A DNA stretch of 64,000 nt from Camelus dromedarius (GCF_036321535.1 NC_087436.1:18292001-18356000); one strand, 5' to 3'; shown: positions 14,100 through 28,196, counted from the stretch's first letter. Notes: a model not told the origin generated them from the sequence alone. A program made the numbers and translations.

Positions 14100-14620
14100 T
14101 CCTTTACACTCCAAATTTCACTCTCTGAAAATGAGGCCCATCATCTCTCTGGCTGCTTCCTTCCCTTTCTGACAGAAATGTCACAGGTACCTTGAATTCA
14201 AGATAGATCGAAAACCCATCTCTATTCTTCCCAACCCTACTGCTCCTCTTGCATTCCCTGTCTTGGCTAAAGATATCTTCATCGATCGTGGCTGGAAAGC
14301 TTAGGGTCAGGTTTTTACTTTTCCCTTTCACTGCCTTTTACATCCAACATCCATCAGATTCTATTTTTCTGCCAAGTCTCTCTTCCTATTCATCCTTTCT
14401 TTCATTGCCAATGCCCTAGTTTAAGCCTCATCATCTTTTTTCTAGATTATTTCTAAAATCCAACCAGTCATCTCTCCTTCTGTGCCCCGCCCCCACCCCA
14501 TCAGCTCTACTTCCTGTCAAAGGTCTGAATACACCCCTGCTCCCATCTGTCAATGTCTCACCACTGCCTACAGCACTGAGGCAAATACACAGCACAGCAC
14601 CTGCGATCGGCCACACTCGG
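14100..14620 (+). mobile_element. L2 LINE fragment
   Basis: Pyrimidine-rich degenerate sequence with L2-like motifs (ttgccaatgccctagtttaagcctcatcatc..ctagattatt; aggtctgaatacacccctgctcc). Confidence 0.5.
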
Positions 14621-14669
14621 GCCTCATCTGCTCACAGAGCACCTTCTCACATCACATCCACCCACTCAC

Positions 14670-15083
14670 CTCTGCCAGCAACCCCCCAGGGTGGGTGAAT
14701 ACCATCTGTTCCAGCACCTCCCTCCAGAGCAAAGAACAGGTTTGCTTGCAGCCTTGGAAAATAGTGTCCATCTAGCACAAATGGTAGGCATGCCTGCCAG
14801 TCATTCCAAGAGAGCTGAGTTTCCTACATTCAGAATTATTCCCGTATACCACAACCCATTGCGTATGCAGATATCATCTGACCGACCATCTTTGCAAGTG
14901 CCCTTGGGAACCAGGGCTCAGAGCACCAACACAAAATGTGATACTCTGGCTACTGAGAGTAATAAATTGTCCTTCATCTCTGATCCAGAAGACTTGTGTC
15001 TTCTACCAGCACCCATGAAACTATGCAGGGCAACTTGTTTATACAAAAGTAACACAGAATCTCAGAGCCTTCACTATCTTGAG
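14670..15083 (+). mobile_element. ERVL solo LTR (MER68/MER76/MER77 group)
   Basis: 3' end gtaataaattgtccttcatctctgatccagaagacttgtgtcttctaccagcacccatgaaact...aatctcagagccttcactatcttga resembles the group consensus. Confidence 0.7.
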
Positions 15084-15859
15084 ACTAAAGTTAATATTTA
15101 AGAGGAGGAACCATCCCTCTACCATTTCCCCCCAAAATTTTCCCTTTAAGAAACACCAAAAAAGTGTTGAGTAAGATCCATCTAACACGTGCACACCCGG
15201 GAACAAGTGAGGATTAAGGTAAGCTGGAGTGGATGGGCAGCAAAGTCAGAGGCACCATTTTACTCTCAAACTCATCACTTGTGTGGTTCAAGTTTAAGTA
15301 GTTATAAAATTTTGCTTATATAAAAGAGACTCAAACTCAAGGCAAAAGTTGGCCATTGCTCTTTGCGAGATTCCCTTTCAGCCCTCCTCTATGACGGGCA
15401 CGCTGGCAGAGGTCTAACGGTGCCTCGCCGCTGCCACCTGCCTCCTCTCCACCTCAAAGCATCAAATCAGTGTTAGGCAGCCTTGGAAAATCTCCTCCTT
15501 ACTGTGGTTGTTTTTTTGGTTTGTTTTTTGTTTTTTGTTTTTTAAGACTGAGATAATCTAAAGCCATTGGCTTCTTCCAAATCCTCTCTGGTTTTCTCAT
15601 TGCACTCTGGCCGTATAACTGCTCAAGTGTCCACAAGACACTGAGGGAAGGAAGGTTGAAAGTCAAGCCAGTAAATTTTGCTGCTTGTCACAAGCGCTAC
15701 ATAAAATTGCTCTGATAAAGTGAACTCAGATGATTTATTGCCCTATGTAAATTACTATTTTTCAAAAGCAAAGTTCCTTGGTGCTCCCAAAGCCTCAAAT
15801 CAATAATGGGACTGTTTAATTATGATTGGCCTGAATTCAGAGTTACTTCTAAATAAGCA

Positions 15860-16070
15860 ACTCACACTGAGCACTTGGCAGACGGCAATGTCCCAAGTAT
15901 CCTCTTTTCATTCTCACAACCATCCTACATAAAAGTCACTACAGTTCTCCCGTATTACACAGGATAAAATCAAGACAGGTTATCTACCTAACTTGCACGG
16001 CTGCAGAGCTAGTAAGTGGAGAGATTCTAATCAGGGCTGATTTGGGGTTCCTGTTCTCCAGCACCAAGCT
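15860..16070 (-). mobile_element. MIR SINE
   Basis: tcattctcacaaccatcct...cccgtattacacaggataaaatcaagaca...aacttgcacggctgcagagctagtaagtggaga. Confidence 0.6.
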
Positions 16071-18659
16071 AAGAGCGCCCTAAAGAGCCTTACAAGAAGA
16101 TGTCCATGCACCTCATCCAAACGTGAACCAACACACAAAACCTCACCTGCCTACTAGTAGCAAGAGAGTTTAACCATTTGTTCTGAATTAACTTTACTCA
16201 GCCATTCATTTGGAAGCTAAAAACTTTGGGAGCTTATTGTTTTAAAACAAATAAGATTACTAATTGAGAAAATGAATGATCAGCCCCAGCTCGCCTGGAG
16301 TTAGCATTTCAGCTCAGTATTTGCATTTCTGTAGACACCACAAGCATCCTGAGCTCCCTCCCACATAAGACAGTCCTCTGTATCCACCCACACTCATCTC
16401 ACACCCATTCTGATTAAAAAAGAGACAGTGAGCGAGTAACTCTAGTTCACTTGCTGTAAATTTTTCGGGGACAGCTGTTCTTTATTTTCTTCGTTTTGCA
16501 CGTAATTTGCCCCTGGCACTTCAAGATTAATGCACAATCATGGTAAAATATGTTGCAAGTTCACTTTAGGCATCTTCCCTCCCACAAAGATTAATACTGA
16601 AACCAGACATCACCATCACCTACCAGGGCCTTCCTGAACCCCCATGCAACTCCAGAAGTGCTCTGGAAGCAGAAAAATCCTCCAGCCAACCTCAGAATGC
16701 TTTTCCGAAAACCTGAAACTTCGCTTCTCAGAGAAAGAGAAATGCACTTCCACATGCGACAATTCAAAGACTGTCACATCTTAGAGGCAGCTTCCTACTT
16801 CTCCACCCCATGAATTCACAGCTCGTTACAAAGCTGAATTTGATAACTGACAGCTTGCCTAGACCGACGTTTGAATGCCACGCTCTAGAAATTAAAGTGA
16901 ATATTCAAATTACCCACATATGGAAGATTTTTTTTAAGAGAAACTTTATAAACAAAAGTGACATACATATTTAGTTTTAAATCATGGCAACTATTTTAAA
17001 AATAGCAACTAAAAGAAGTTTTTTAAGCAAAGAGAGTCTTACTTTGTTTTTGCATAGTTTACAATGCACCTGAAATACTTGGAGTCACCAGTTCCCAAAA
17101 AAGACAATCTACTGGGCATGGGAGGCTGTTCTTTGAGTTACTTAAGGAAATCATTCTCCAAGCTCTTCAACCGTAAGATTTTTTTTCACATGTAACATGA
17201 TGTACCTTTCTATCTATGTCTAAAATATTACCCATAATTCAGAAAGATGCAAACAAATTCATAAAGGAGTGAAAACCAATCCTACATGTTATTTTAAAGT
17301 AATAATTCCAACCACCTAGAGAAGAATAAATTCTTCCAATAATTTTATACATTATTGGAATACATAATATTGACAATGTGGCATTTGAGTCAAATCCTTG
17401 AGCACTCAAGCACAAATCAATTGCGTACTGAGGGCTATGTGTGCAATGTACTATACTTAGAAATGAGAAGAGGCAAGTAAAGGATAAATAAGATATTTTC
17501 TCTATTTCAAGGAAAAAGTAAAGTTCCATAAACAAAATAAATATGTGAGGTATAATGAACAACACCAGGCAATATAACTGTCAGGTTAAGAACATGGGTA
17601 TCTCAGAATTAAAACAATTCAGGGTAAGGATGGAAAGAGGAAACAAAGAAATACATTTAATGAGCAGTAAAATCTACCGGCTACAAAAATTAGCTCTTTT
17701 ACCTTCACAAACGTGGATGGCAGTAGATGTGAACGAACTTCCCACTTGCAATCATTTAGAAACTAAGAGTTTGAAAGGTTAAGAAAGGGTTACCAAACTT
17801 TGGAGCTTAAACCTGACAACTCCTTATGAACCCAGAAAAAGGTAGACCTTCTAGAGTAATCCAAGTGCCCCCCAACACACACGCCCCGCCAGCCACTCCT
17901 CCAACCCCGCCCATGGCTGTCAGGTCCCAGATGCGGCACATGCAAACATCTTCACTTCAACACCCAATCTCTCCCCTGCCGAAACTCCTCACTTCTGACG
18001 CCCCGGACACGTGCACCTAGACAACATCCCCTCGCCCCCTGGAAGGCAGCCCACGTGCCGGGTCCTCAGGGAAGCCTTGAGTCCATGGTATTTCAGAGGC
18101 CCGGGAGGGCCAAAGGGGAAGACTGAGCCCACTGTCAGCTTCCAGAGGCACCTGGAACGGCAGGCGCCGTCGTGAGAATGCCACGGAGCAAGGCAGCTGC
18201 ACAGTCATGGAAGGGCGGTTGTGTGAATCTGCTTGAGGATAACGGGGTCTTTTCCCGCAAAGGGGGAAACTACCACAGGGCCCCAGGAACTAGGCATCAT
18301 GCAGACAAGAGTAGGTAGGAGGGGCTGGTGGTAGGGTGAGTGAACGAGAACTCCCGTCAATACTTTTCAATTTGCCTTGAATTCACCGGCAAAGTATCTA
18401 AATATGGTGCGTGGCTTCAGATACACTGAGACTTGGCCACTTTGAGCCATTTTGGATTTCTCCTCTTAACTTCACTTTTTAGGAGAAAGATTCTACCTTA
18501 CATCATTTATGCTCTCTCTCGTAATCCCCAAAGCTACACGGACCCAGGACCGAGGGCCCTCGTAAACTTTACCTTCCAGGAAAGCATCCTCTAAAAAATA
18601 GAAGATGAGAAAATTCCTTTCTCCACTTGACTATTCCCATTGGGCCTCTCACTGTCTAC

Positions 18660-18755
18660 AGCAGAGGCCCAGCTACCAATGATTTTGATTCAATAAAGCT
18701 GATTGAGCCCAGGAATCTGCCTTTTCAAGAAGCACCCCAGTGATCCTAATACATT
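18660..18755. mobile_element. MER5A-like hAT-Charlie MITE fragment
   Basis: gattttgattcaata...gcccaggaatctgccttttcaagaagcaccccagtgatcctaat. Confidence 0.55.
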
Positions 18756-19948
18756 TCATCAGGTCTGCCAGGGACCTCTGAGCTTCCTTGACATCCTTTG
18801 CTTCCTGAACTAAAACTTGAAGGTGAAATTCCTTGCAGAACTCTGATCCTGCATGTACAACCAACTGCTGAGAGTGACTTCTTCATCTGCTGGATGACTT
18901 GGAGGTATCCATGCTCTCCGACCCCATGGCCAAACCGACAGTCCAGAATCAGTCACCTCCCCTGTGGAACGCTCCAACCTACACAGAACTCTGGGTCTTC
19001 TCGGCACCAGACCATCCTCCGCCTGGGTACCATACTAGTTTCCAGATCTACCTTTGTAAGCCTGCTCCTCTGCCCTTCCCTCCTCTAGTACTTACCCAGT
19101 TTCTTGCCAATTAAATGCAAGTGCCCGAGTCCTTCCTTTCACTCTGTTTCTTCCTGCTTCCTTTCCTTTCCTTTTTTTTTCTTTTGGCTTGTTTCTGTCA
19201 CATTCTGTCTCCATGTCTTTGCTGAGGTCTCTCTAAAGGCCAAAATGTACTTTTCTAATCCTTTAAATCCAAAGAAGGCTGGTCCTAAACACAGTCCTTA
19301 GTAAAGAGCAAGGACTCAGCGATCCATCGTAACCGACTATACTTCAATTTAAAAAAAAAGTTATAGCATCACTCAGCTGGTTCTCACCAAAAAACAGAAA
19401 AAAAGTAGAATACTCTCTGGCCTCAAGAGAATTAAAATCTCACTGTTAAGGCGTACTATATATGTTAAAAAATAAACATTATTTGTTTAAATATCTTACT
19501 ATGCTGTTAAACTTTGAGGGAAAGAAAAAAACAATTCTCTCGATCCATGCAAACCTGTAGCACTTTTCAGTACCTGGTATACTCCACTCACTTTCAATAT
19601 CTGTATTTTGTCTACCATGAATGGATCAAGCATAATAGGTAACCAGACTTTCATGTGTATCCCAAAGGCCCAGAGCAAGGTTACCGGCACTCTGTGATTA
19701 CTCAGTAAACACTGGTTGACTGGCTTCAGATCAGAACTAGGGTTTAACAACGCTAAGCCACCTGTTACTGAGGGAGGGAAAAGAACACCGTGCTATTTTC
19801 TTCAGAAGTTTTGTTTTGTTTGGGTGTAGGCTGGGTTACTTTTAAAAAGAAGTTAAAAGTTCCCCCACGTAGCCGGACACTATAAACATAAAGATAACAA
19901 TCACGTGTCCCATCGCTCCAATCCACTAGAAACTCTTCCATGAGGACG

Positions 19949-20117
19949 GCAGTGCCTAAACTTTACTACATTATCACCTGGGGAGCACTGAAAATCCGGC
20001 TTCCTAGCTCACACCCACCAGCAATGACATCCGACTGGCTGGGGGTGGGAGTTAGGCATCAGCCCTGCTTAACAGTCCCAGGGGATTTCACTGCGCAGCC
20101 CTGTCTGAGAGCTGCTG
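19949..20117. mobile_element. MER5A-like hAT-Charlie MITE
   Basis: cagtgcctaaacttt..atcacctgggagcact...ttaacagtcccaggggatttcactgcgcagccctgtctgagagctgctg. Confidence 0.65.
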
Positions 20118-20520
20118 CTTTCGGAAGTCCTTCCGCCTGGGAACATCAGAAGTACTTTCCTAGTGGTGCTCAGACAGCCTGCATCTGTTAAGAGCTGGTA
20201 CACATCATTAACAAATCCTTGGTAAACGGATGAAAGATCAGTTGATCTGACTCTCGTGTGTGCTGTAACTTCATGAACAAACAACTCTAAGGACAGGAAG
20301 AGTATGATCTGTAATCAATGCTGATACTGCAGTGACATGGGGTTTGTTCTGATGCCAAAAGTACAGAAACCGCTAACAGTCCCATGCAGGCCAGTATACA
20401 TCATTATGTTATGTATTATATATGCATCATATATTATACGTGTTATCTGCATTTGTATGTGCATATACTAAAAATGTTACCTTTTCTCAGGGTCCTGAGG
20501 GCTATAGTAAACGGTAGACA

Positions 20521-20647
20521 AAATAAAAAATTAAAAAATGAATATATGTATGTTCATGTATGACTGAAACATTGTGCTGTACACCAGAAATTGACACAAC
20601 ATTGTAAACTGACTATACTTCAACAAAAAAAAATTAAAAATAAAAAA
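20521..20647 (+). mobile_element. Very short L1 3' terminus with TSD
   Basis: tgactgaaacattgtgctgtacaccagaaattgacacaacattgtaaactgactatacttcaa + polyA; TSD agtaaacggtagaca (20506-20520) / agtaaatgttagaca (20648-20662). Confidence 0.88.
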
Positions 20648-20909
20648 AGTAAATGTTAGACACTTGTCTGATACTTGGCAAATACTAAAGTGATGTCACA
20701 AATAAAGCTGATAAAAATACCAAATGTCATTTTTTAAAGGAACATGGCTAGGTAAAAGTTGCACTAACTTTTAACAGAAACATGTGAAATGGTAGTTTAC
20801 AGACAGTGAGAGTCATGGTTAGAATGCTGGGAAAAAAGTGATTAGAAATAATTCTTCAATCAGATCTCATCAGATGCCTCTGGACACGAGGCATGTAGAC
20901 CCAGGAATC

Positions 20910-21265
20910 ACAGGCAGCAGTCACTGATGCTATTCACCAATAGCATTAGTTCTCGCCCTCTGCGCGCCCTCTGTGCTATGTAGACTCTTTGGGGCTGAGT
21001 GGGGCTACGTGGCTCTTTCTGACCAATCAGCTGTGAGCAAATGAAACTCACTTCAAGACCAGAGCACCCATTTGCAAGTCCAAAGCCCCCCAGAGCTGCT
21101 GCCCTCCGGCAAGGCAGGCAAGAACCCGGGAGCCCAGGAATCCAGCGATGGGCAAAGCCCCCTAGCAACACCTCAGTGAGAAGTAAGTCTTGTTGTTTTA
21201 AGCTACAGAGAATTTCAGATTTCCCGTAATACGAACATAAACTAGCTTTTATCCTGACTGATGAA
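20910..21265 (+). mobile_element. Old MaLR LTR (MLT1I/J-like)
   Basis: ggggctacgtggctctttctgaccaatcagctgtgagcaaa...gagaagtaagtcttgttgttttaagctacagaga...tatcctgactgat. Confidence 0.55.
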
Positions 21266-22471
21266 AAAACTACGTGAGCCAACAACGTCTGTAGCATTTA
21301 AAAAAAAAAAGATCAGCAGCAGTGATAGCTGATTTGGGGGAAATCATTCAGAGCAATATTGCCTGAGGGAACCTCCAAATTTAGGATAAAAGCCTCAGAG
21401 AGTCTACAAAGTTCCCTGTGATATTGACTAACGTGACCTGACAGTCGATTCTTTTAACTCTATTTTTAGTCTCCTACTCCATTAAAGACAAAAGGCTTTA
21501 GTAATGGAAGACCTTCAGGAACAAAAGATTTGAAAGGAACAAACATAAACATTTCTTTTTTAATTTTCAAATGGGAAAATCCAACTTAAAATGTGTAGAC
21601 TCGGTCTTCCGTTAAAAACCTCCAACAATTTATTTATTTACAGTGAAAACACGTTCAACATATGCAGATCCTACTACACATATTCCATTCAATGTACACA
21701 ACACTCCATAAAACTACACGTACCAATCAAAAAGCATTCTAGATAGATTCTTATCTGCTCAGGCAGAAGTATGTATAAATTATACCCTTTGGGGAAAGGA
21801 TTTTATTTACCAAAATAACAAGCATGCAAGCGATACAATTAAGGTTCTTAAGAAGCTTGGGGAAAAGAGAAACATGAATGATGAAGTGAGGGATACAAAA
21901 ACCACAGTACTTTTTTCCTCAACTCTGGACATTTTTGAAGCACTAGGAAAAAGAAGAAATTTGTCAGCTCAACCTCAGTGTAGTTGAAATGAATGAAAAT
22001 CCGTCACCGCCTGAATTACCACTGTAAGAGAGAACGGGAGAAAAGCTTTCTGTGGCTTGGGTTTTTATTACCGATGGGCAAACCCCCAAATCATAAAACA
22101 GCTCATATTCATCTGTTATCCATCCCTCTAATTTCACAGGTGGCAGTCCTGGCTTTATAACAAAGACCCTGTTTTGACAGAAAACACAAGTGCAATGCTT
22201 CACCCCGCTAAGTCATCCAGAGTAGGGCTGAGAGATACAATAGATGAGAGTGAATTAAAAATTCAATTTATCCATACTTCACTAGGCTGTAAACAAAGAG
22301 AACTCCAACCTCCAGAAAGAGCCTGTTTTGTAATGTTCAATATTTAGTTTCTCTGCAGTCTGCTGGCATGGCTGTAAAAGCACCAGGGGCCTGGTTTTCC
22401 TTAGGGATACTAAAGAAAAGAGCTTTTGGTCAGGAGAACAACGGGGAGAGACTATCTTTCCTTCAATTAAA

Positions 22472-23196
22472 ATGGAAACAATCCAAATATTATCAACAGG
22501 CAGATGAATAAACAAAGTGCAGTATATCCATATAATGAAACACCACCTAGCAAAAAAAAAAAAAAAAAAGAGCTAAGGATATATGCAACAAGATGAGTCT
22601 CAAAAGCCTTATGCTCAGGGAAGTGGGGGGAAGGGATAAACTGGGAGTTTGAGATTTGCAGATACTAACTACTACATACAAAATAGATAAATAACAAGTT
22701 TATACTGTATAGCACAGGGAACTATATTCAACATCTTATAGTAACTTATGGTGAAAAAGAAGATGAAAACGAGTATGTGTATATGTTCCTATATGACTGA
22801 AGCATTGTGCTGTACACCAGAAATTGGCACAACATTGTAAACTGACTATACTTCAATAAAAATAAATACCCATAAAAAAAGCATAATAAAGAGGCCAGAC
22901 TCAAAAGTCTAATTCTGCATAATTCCCTTCATTTAAAATGCTGGGGGGAGGGGCAGGGAAGACAGAGCTAATGTGATGAAAAGCAGCTCAAGAGTTGCCA
23001 AGGACGAAGTTGGGAAAGGAGACTGACTGCAAAGGGGCACAAAGGAATTGGGGGAGGGGAAGCAGGTGACAGAAATCTCCGATGGCTGTGGTGGCAGTCA
23101 CAACTACACTACTTGTCAAAACTCATCAATCTGTACAGTTAAAATCAGCAAACTTCACCATATGTAAATTACATCTCAATGACGCTGATTTTTAAA
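22472..23196 (+). mobile_element. Old L1M (L1MC/MD/ME-type) 3' end, interrupted by a younger L1 3' end at ~22617-22880
   Basis: ggaaacaatccaaat...gataaacaaa-type start and ttgtcaaaactcatcaa..gtacagttaaaa..tgtaaattacatctcaat end; inner piece shares the 3'UTR seen at 7622 and 58140. Confidence 0.8.
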
Positions 23197-23522
23197 CAGG
23201 AAGCCAACAGGACAATGGAAGACGGAAATATCTTACTAGCGTGTGAACAAGAAGTGATTAAGATTGGTCGTCCAACACTGCTGATTCTTCTCATGATTCT
23301 CATCTGAGCACTGACTTCACATTTCAGTGCAAGGGAGAAACATGCAAATAAAAAGGAAAACCCCATCCTGTCAGAGTAAATGAACAACTGAATCTCTAGA
23401 ATGTGCATTTTGCATTAACGTATTTTATTCTACAAACTTGACCATGCAATAAGCATTCTAAATGACCCTTAGATTTTACATACCTATCGCCTGTCATGAA
23501 TAAAATGATTCAATCATGTTAC

Positions 23523-23588
23523 CTCGTGCTTCAACTGCACTGATGCATTTTCTAAGAATTGTGAATCCCATTTTATCCAACTGTGCAC
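23523..23588 (-). CDS. ARHGAP10: ARHGAP10 coding exon (~exon 13), RhoGAP start; (S)AQLDKMGFTILRKCISAVEAR(G)
   Basis: 66 nt, phase 1-1, ..tttcag / gtaaca. Confidence 0.96.
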
Positions 23589-24592
23589 CTGAAAGAAATA
23601 CAGTTATAAAATATTAAAGGCATAACTAATTACCCATAATTCTCTCCCTTAAAAAATAGGACAATATTACTTAAGTCCAATCTAATTTTTATTTCACTCT
23701 TTAAAAAAAAAAAAAAAAGAAGAGAGAAAACTAAAGGCCAGATATTCCCTGTTTAAGTAACATAAATGAGAATTTCCTATATTAAGAGGAGCATCTACTG
23801 GAATATCTGGACATCTATTACCAGTATTTATAAATAAATTAATAATTTAACATAACTTTTAAGTTAATAAATATGTTATTTTAAATAATGGAAAGAAAGT
23901 GATACAAGTCTTTAGGGGAAGCTATCTAAAAATAGTTAACATTTTGCCCAAATTCCAACAACAGCTAAGTTTTTTCTTAATTATATATATGAGTGAAAGT
24001 TCTTAAATTAATTAACAGCTAAAGAAATGACGAACCTTTTTTTTAAACCTAGAGAAAAAACCTAGAGAAAAAAAAGTTAAGAAATCTTAAAAAATAATAT
24101 TTGGGCCACGAGCTTGAAATTTTTTTCATATTTTACACCATGCTCTAAGTGTTTAAAATAGTATTTTATTATTCCTAATGAATTTATTACAGATTCATGT
24201 AGCAAAAAAAGATTATTTTGAAAATATAATTTTATATATTTTTTCTGACATAGACATTTGACCATAATTAGTCAAATTTGACCTATTTGAGTATCCTAAT
24301 ACAAGGCAACTCTTCTTGCAAAACTGAAATCAGGGAAGGTGAATGCTTCATTCTGTATTTAAGGAGCAGTAACAGTAACTTTTGGTTCTCAGCGGGGAGA
24401 GCATGAACAATTCATGAACATAAACTTTACAGACTTAAAGCTGAGCTTGAAGAGTATATTAATAAAAAAAAAAACTGGGCTGCGGTTTACTTTTTAAGGG
24501 TCCACTATTCACAACGTTTTATAAAATGCAAGCGTTTCTTTCTGCTTCACAAAACTACTTTTCTAAAACATGGCATGACTTCATATCTCTAT

Positions 24593-24710
24593 AAAAACAA
24601 GAAAAAAAAGGGAAGGGAGAAGAAGAAAAGGAGAAAAAGAGGGGAAAAGGAAAAGAAGAAAGTGAAAGAAAAGGAAAAAGGAAGAAGAGAAAGACAAGAG
24701 GGGAAAGGTC
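24593..24710. repeat. Purine-rich (GA/GAAA) low-complexity tract
   Basis: ~115 bp of almost only A and G on the + strand. Confidence 0.85.
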
Positions 24711-25531
24711 AGGCAGGTGCTTCTGTAGACGGACAACTTCCCGTGGCATCTGGTCAATTTCCAGGGCCGGGCTAGAGGAGACATCCTCCATTCCAGGGTT
24801 GGCTCAAGTGACACACACATTGTGATCATTTTGAAATCATGTGTTATGTAACCATGTTTCCAAACTGTGGGCATCTGACAAACAGAGCTTAATTCCTCCA
24901 AAGCCATTAAAAGTAGATTTGTAAACAATCCAGCAAATTTGATCACATTTTCATTTCATCTCAGTAAAAATCAGTCAAAGTGCAGAGCTAGGTAGTACTT
25001 CACATCAACGCCAGGTGACAAGCACTGTCCCAGAATATCTGAAGGCGCCTGACTGCTGTTGCGTGTTATTTTCTACGGTGCAATGCGGTACCATTGGTGC
25101 AGCCTATACTCCAAAGACGTTAAGGATAAAGGACATCAGGGCAGAGGTAAGGGGGGTTGGGAACAGGCGACCTGATTAACAGTTCCTACCCACAGGAGTT
25201 CAAACCTTAGGAAGTTGAAAGTTGCATTCCTGAAACTCGTATGTGTTCATTTGTGGCTGTAAGAATAATACCAAAGTGAACTATAGAAAAGGTATTTTGT
25301 TTTTTATAGAGAAAGACTATGGGGGCAGGGGGAAGGCTCAGAGCTGGGACAGATCAATGAAGGTCCCAGCAGTTGAGGGGAACTAGAGGAAGTTCTCAGT
25401 GGATAAGACAGAACACATCTACTACTTAGAGAACTAGCGTACGGTGCAGAGCGACAGGCTGACATCAGAAATAAAAACAGTAGTTCGTGGGAAAGGGAGA
25501 CAACAGTCAATTTCAATCAACTAGCACTTAC

Positions 25532-25577
25532 TTCCTTCTGGTCTTGGGATGATGGCTCTATTAAAACTATAGAACAC
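25532..25577 (-). CDS. ARHGAP10: ARHGAP10 coding exon (~exon 12), PH-GAP linker; VFYSFNRAIIPRPEG
   Basis: 46 nt, phase 0-1, ..tactag / gtaagt; needed to keep frame between exons 11 and 13. Confidence 0.93.
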
Positions 25578-27513
25578 CTAGTAAAAGAGAAAAAAGGGAA
25601 ACAGCATTTTTAGCAAATCAGTAAAAATGGTTCTAGTAGACATACCTAGGACTGTACAAAAAATACACTGACATTGGTTAAGCCATTTCATGTGCTCAGA
25701 TGCAAAGACAGGTAACAAAAAGGAGCACTCCGAGTCTACTTTGTCTCTTGTGGAGGCATGCCAAAGTAGCCAAAATAAGATGAAAAGGGGTTAGGACTGA
25801 AAGGTAAATTTGAAATGCTCAGATTGCATTCTAACCAATACGGTGAAGCCCAATTTTTTCGCCACTATTTCTAAAATCTAGTATTTCCTTAAGAAAGACG
25901 TGACTTCTGCCCATAATCTGAATGACCACATCTGAAACCCTGAGGTGATTCCGGGCTGCTTCTTAGAATTCTAGCACTGCCCCATTATTTGCAAGCTACA
26001 TAATCAATTGGAAAAAATACATGGTACCTTAAGAGTCCCCACATAAACACATAGCTGAATATTTTCTTTCTGCAGACTTGCTTTTGTATATTGCAAATTA
26101 ATTACTTGGCTTTTTACTCTAAAGGAGAGGTTTGTATGTCTTCAAGGTTACATTGCCTTTGGCAACAGACTTATGGCTACATGACTTAGTCACGTGGTCA
26201 TTTTGCTCTGCAGGTATGCAAACTCAACTTTCCAAAGCCATTCTTGCATCTCTGGGGGGATAAGTCCTGATCAGTGCATTGCCCTTGCTGGAGAGGATTA
26301 GGATAACCTGTTCTGGATCTCAGCAACTATCAATGCTGTAAATCCTCTTGACTCTCAGCTAAAAATTTCAAGGACAAATTAAGAATAAAGAGACAGAACT
26401 AAAACCACAGAGACTAAACGTAGATAGAGTATAATAAAGTGATACACAAATCTGATCACTGCTTTCTTCCTCCAAGGATGATACATATTTTAAAAATAGA
26501 TCCTATATAGGAGAATGTAACTTGGGCTTCCATTTGTCAAACACAACACCAAGGCTGCTGCCCAGCCCCTGTGCCCTATTCCCTCTATTCTCAGTGTCCT
26601 CCCCATTACCACCAGATAACATTATCTTTTGCCCGTTTCTTAAGCTCAGTTCTGACACCTCCCCACCTCCTTTTTTTTTTCTTGTAAACTATATATGACC
26701 CCTCTTCTATTTCGCAAACCATACTCTTTCCCTCTCTTTAAATCCGGCTAAAATGGCAAATGCTTTCCAGATGAGCCCACCTGGTACCTGCACTGGCTGT
26801 TTACTTAGAGTCATAATACTTCAAGCAGAGTTTATTTAAATTGGTTTAAAAAGGTGTTTTCTATAATTATCCTCACTAAGCTCCCCATTCAATACGTGAT
26901 CTGCCAAATTCTCAACTCCCAGATGCCACCGGTCCACTGAAACGAAAGCAGTTTATAAAGTGGCAAACAGACTGCCTCTGGGTCTCCATCATCGCCTTTA
27001 ATTTATTCCTCAAACCAGTCAGAAGACAGAGGCCCATTCACGAAGGCTACATAATATTGCAGACAGCGAGCCATGAGGCTAAACCATAAATTGTTCAATC
27101 AAACAACATTAGTACAGCAGTCACGTGTAACACCACCAGCACAGCCTCATAGGTACGGCTCCATCTCCTCTGAGAATCAAAACGAACTGCAAGCATTTAC
27201 TGCCTTCATCACCCAAAGTACTGTCAGGTAGGAAGGAAGAAATTGAGAATGTGGATGACTTCCTCAAGCAAAGCAAATCAAAGCGGCGAAGTCAAGAGAA
27301 ATCAAAAATAAAAACTAACGATACAGCAGCCTTCCATGTGCCGCTGAGACCTCAAGCCAAATTACTAGGATATTGGATGCTTCCAAGAGGAATTCAGACA
27401 CCAGCTTTAGCAGGGAATTTTTTTCAACTACTATAAAGCAAAAATAACAGGAAAATGAACACAAGTCCACTCTAAAGGATCTGAAGGAAAACTCAACCAT
27501 CAGTTATTCTTAC

Positions 27514-27595
27514 AGCTTCTTTTCCACCCAGAGCTTCCAACCACTGCTTCCGTTCCTCCTCGGAGAACGCCTGCATGGTCAAGGAAACACCGGGC
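27514..27595 (-). CDS. ARHGAP10: ARHGAP10 coding exon (~exon 11), PH C-terminal helix; PGVSLTMQAFSEEERKQWLEALGGKEA
   Basis: 82 nt, phase 2-0, ..tttcag / gtaaga; conserved PH Trp (QWLEAL). Confidence 0.96.
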
Positions 27596-28196
27596 CTGAA
27601 AGACACCAGGAACAGATCAAGTTACCCCTTGGTTGCTGAAAACAAACCTTTTCTCTCTCATGTTTTATGGTGGTAATTAAGTTGCTTGCTTTAAATTTTT
27701 AATTGTGATAAAATACACAGGACAAAGTTTACCATTGTCACCATTTTGAACTACACAGTTCAGCAGTATCGAATACTGTCATTCCATTGGGCAACCAACC
27801 TCCAGAACGCTTCCTCTTCTAAAACTGAAACTCTCATATCCAATGAACAACAACTGTTTCCCCTCCTCCCAGCCCCTGACAACCACCTCTTACTTTGTCT
27901 CTAGGAATTTGATTGCCCTAGCTAACTATTACAGCACTTGTCCTTCTGAGACTGGTTTACTTCACTTGGTATAATCCCCTCCACTTTCATCCATGTTACA
28001 GCGTGTGTCAGAACTCCTTTCCTTTCCAAGGCTGAATGGTATTCATTGTATGTATACACCACATTTTGTTTATCCATTCATCCATCAATGGACACTTGGG
28101 TGATTTCTACTTTTTGATTACCATAAACAATGCTACTAACATAGGTGTATGAATACCTCCTCAAGACCTGGCTTACAATTCTTTTGGGCATATACC

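Noticed and set aside
24555..24946. Lys/Glu-rich and Phe/Ser-rich ORFs
   Set aside because: Artefacts of the GA low-complexity tract
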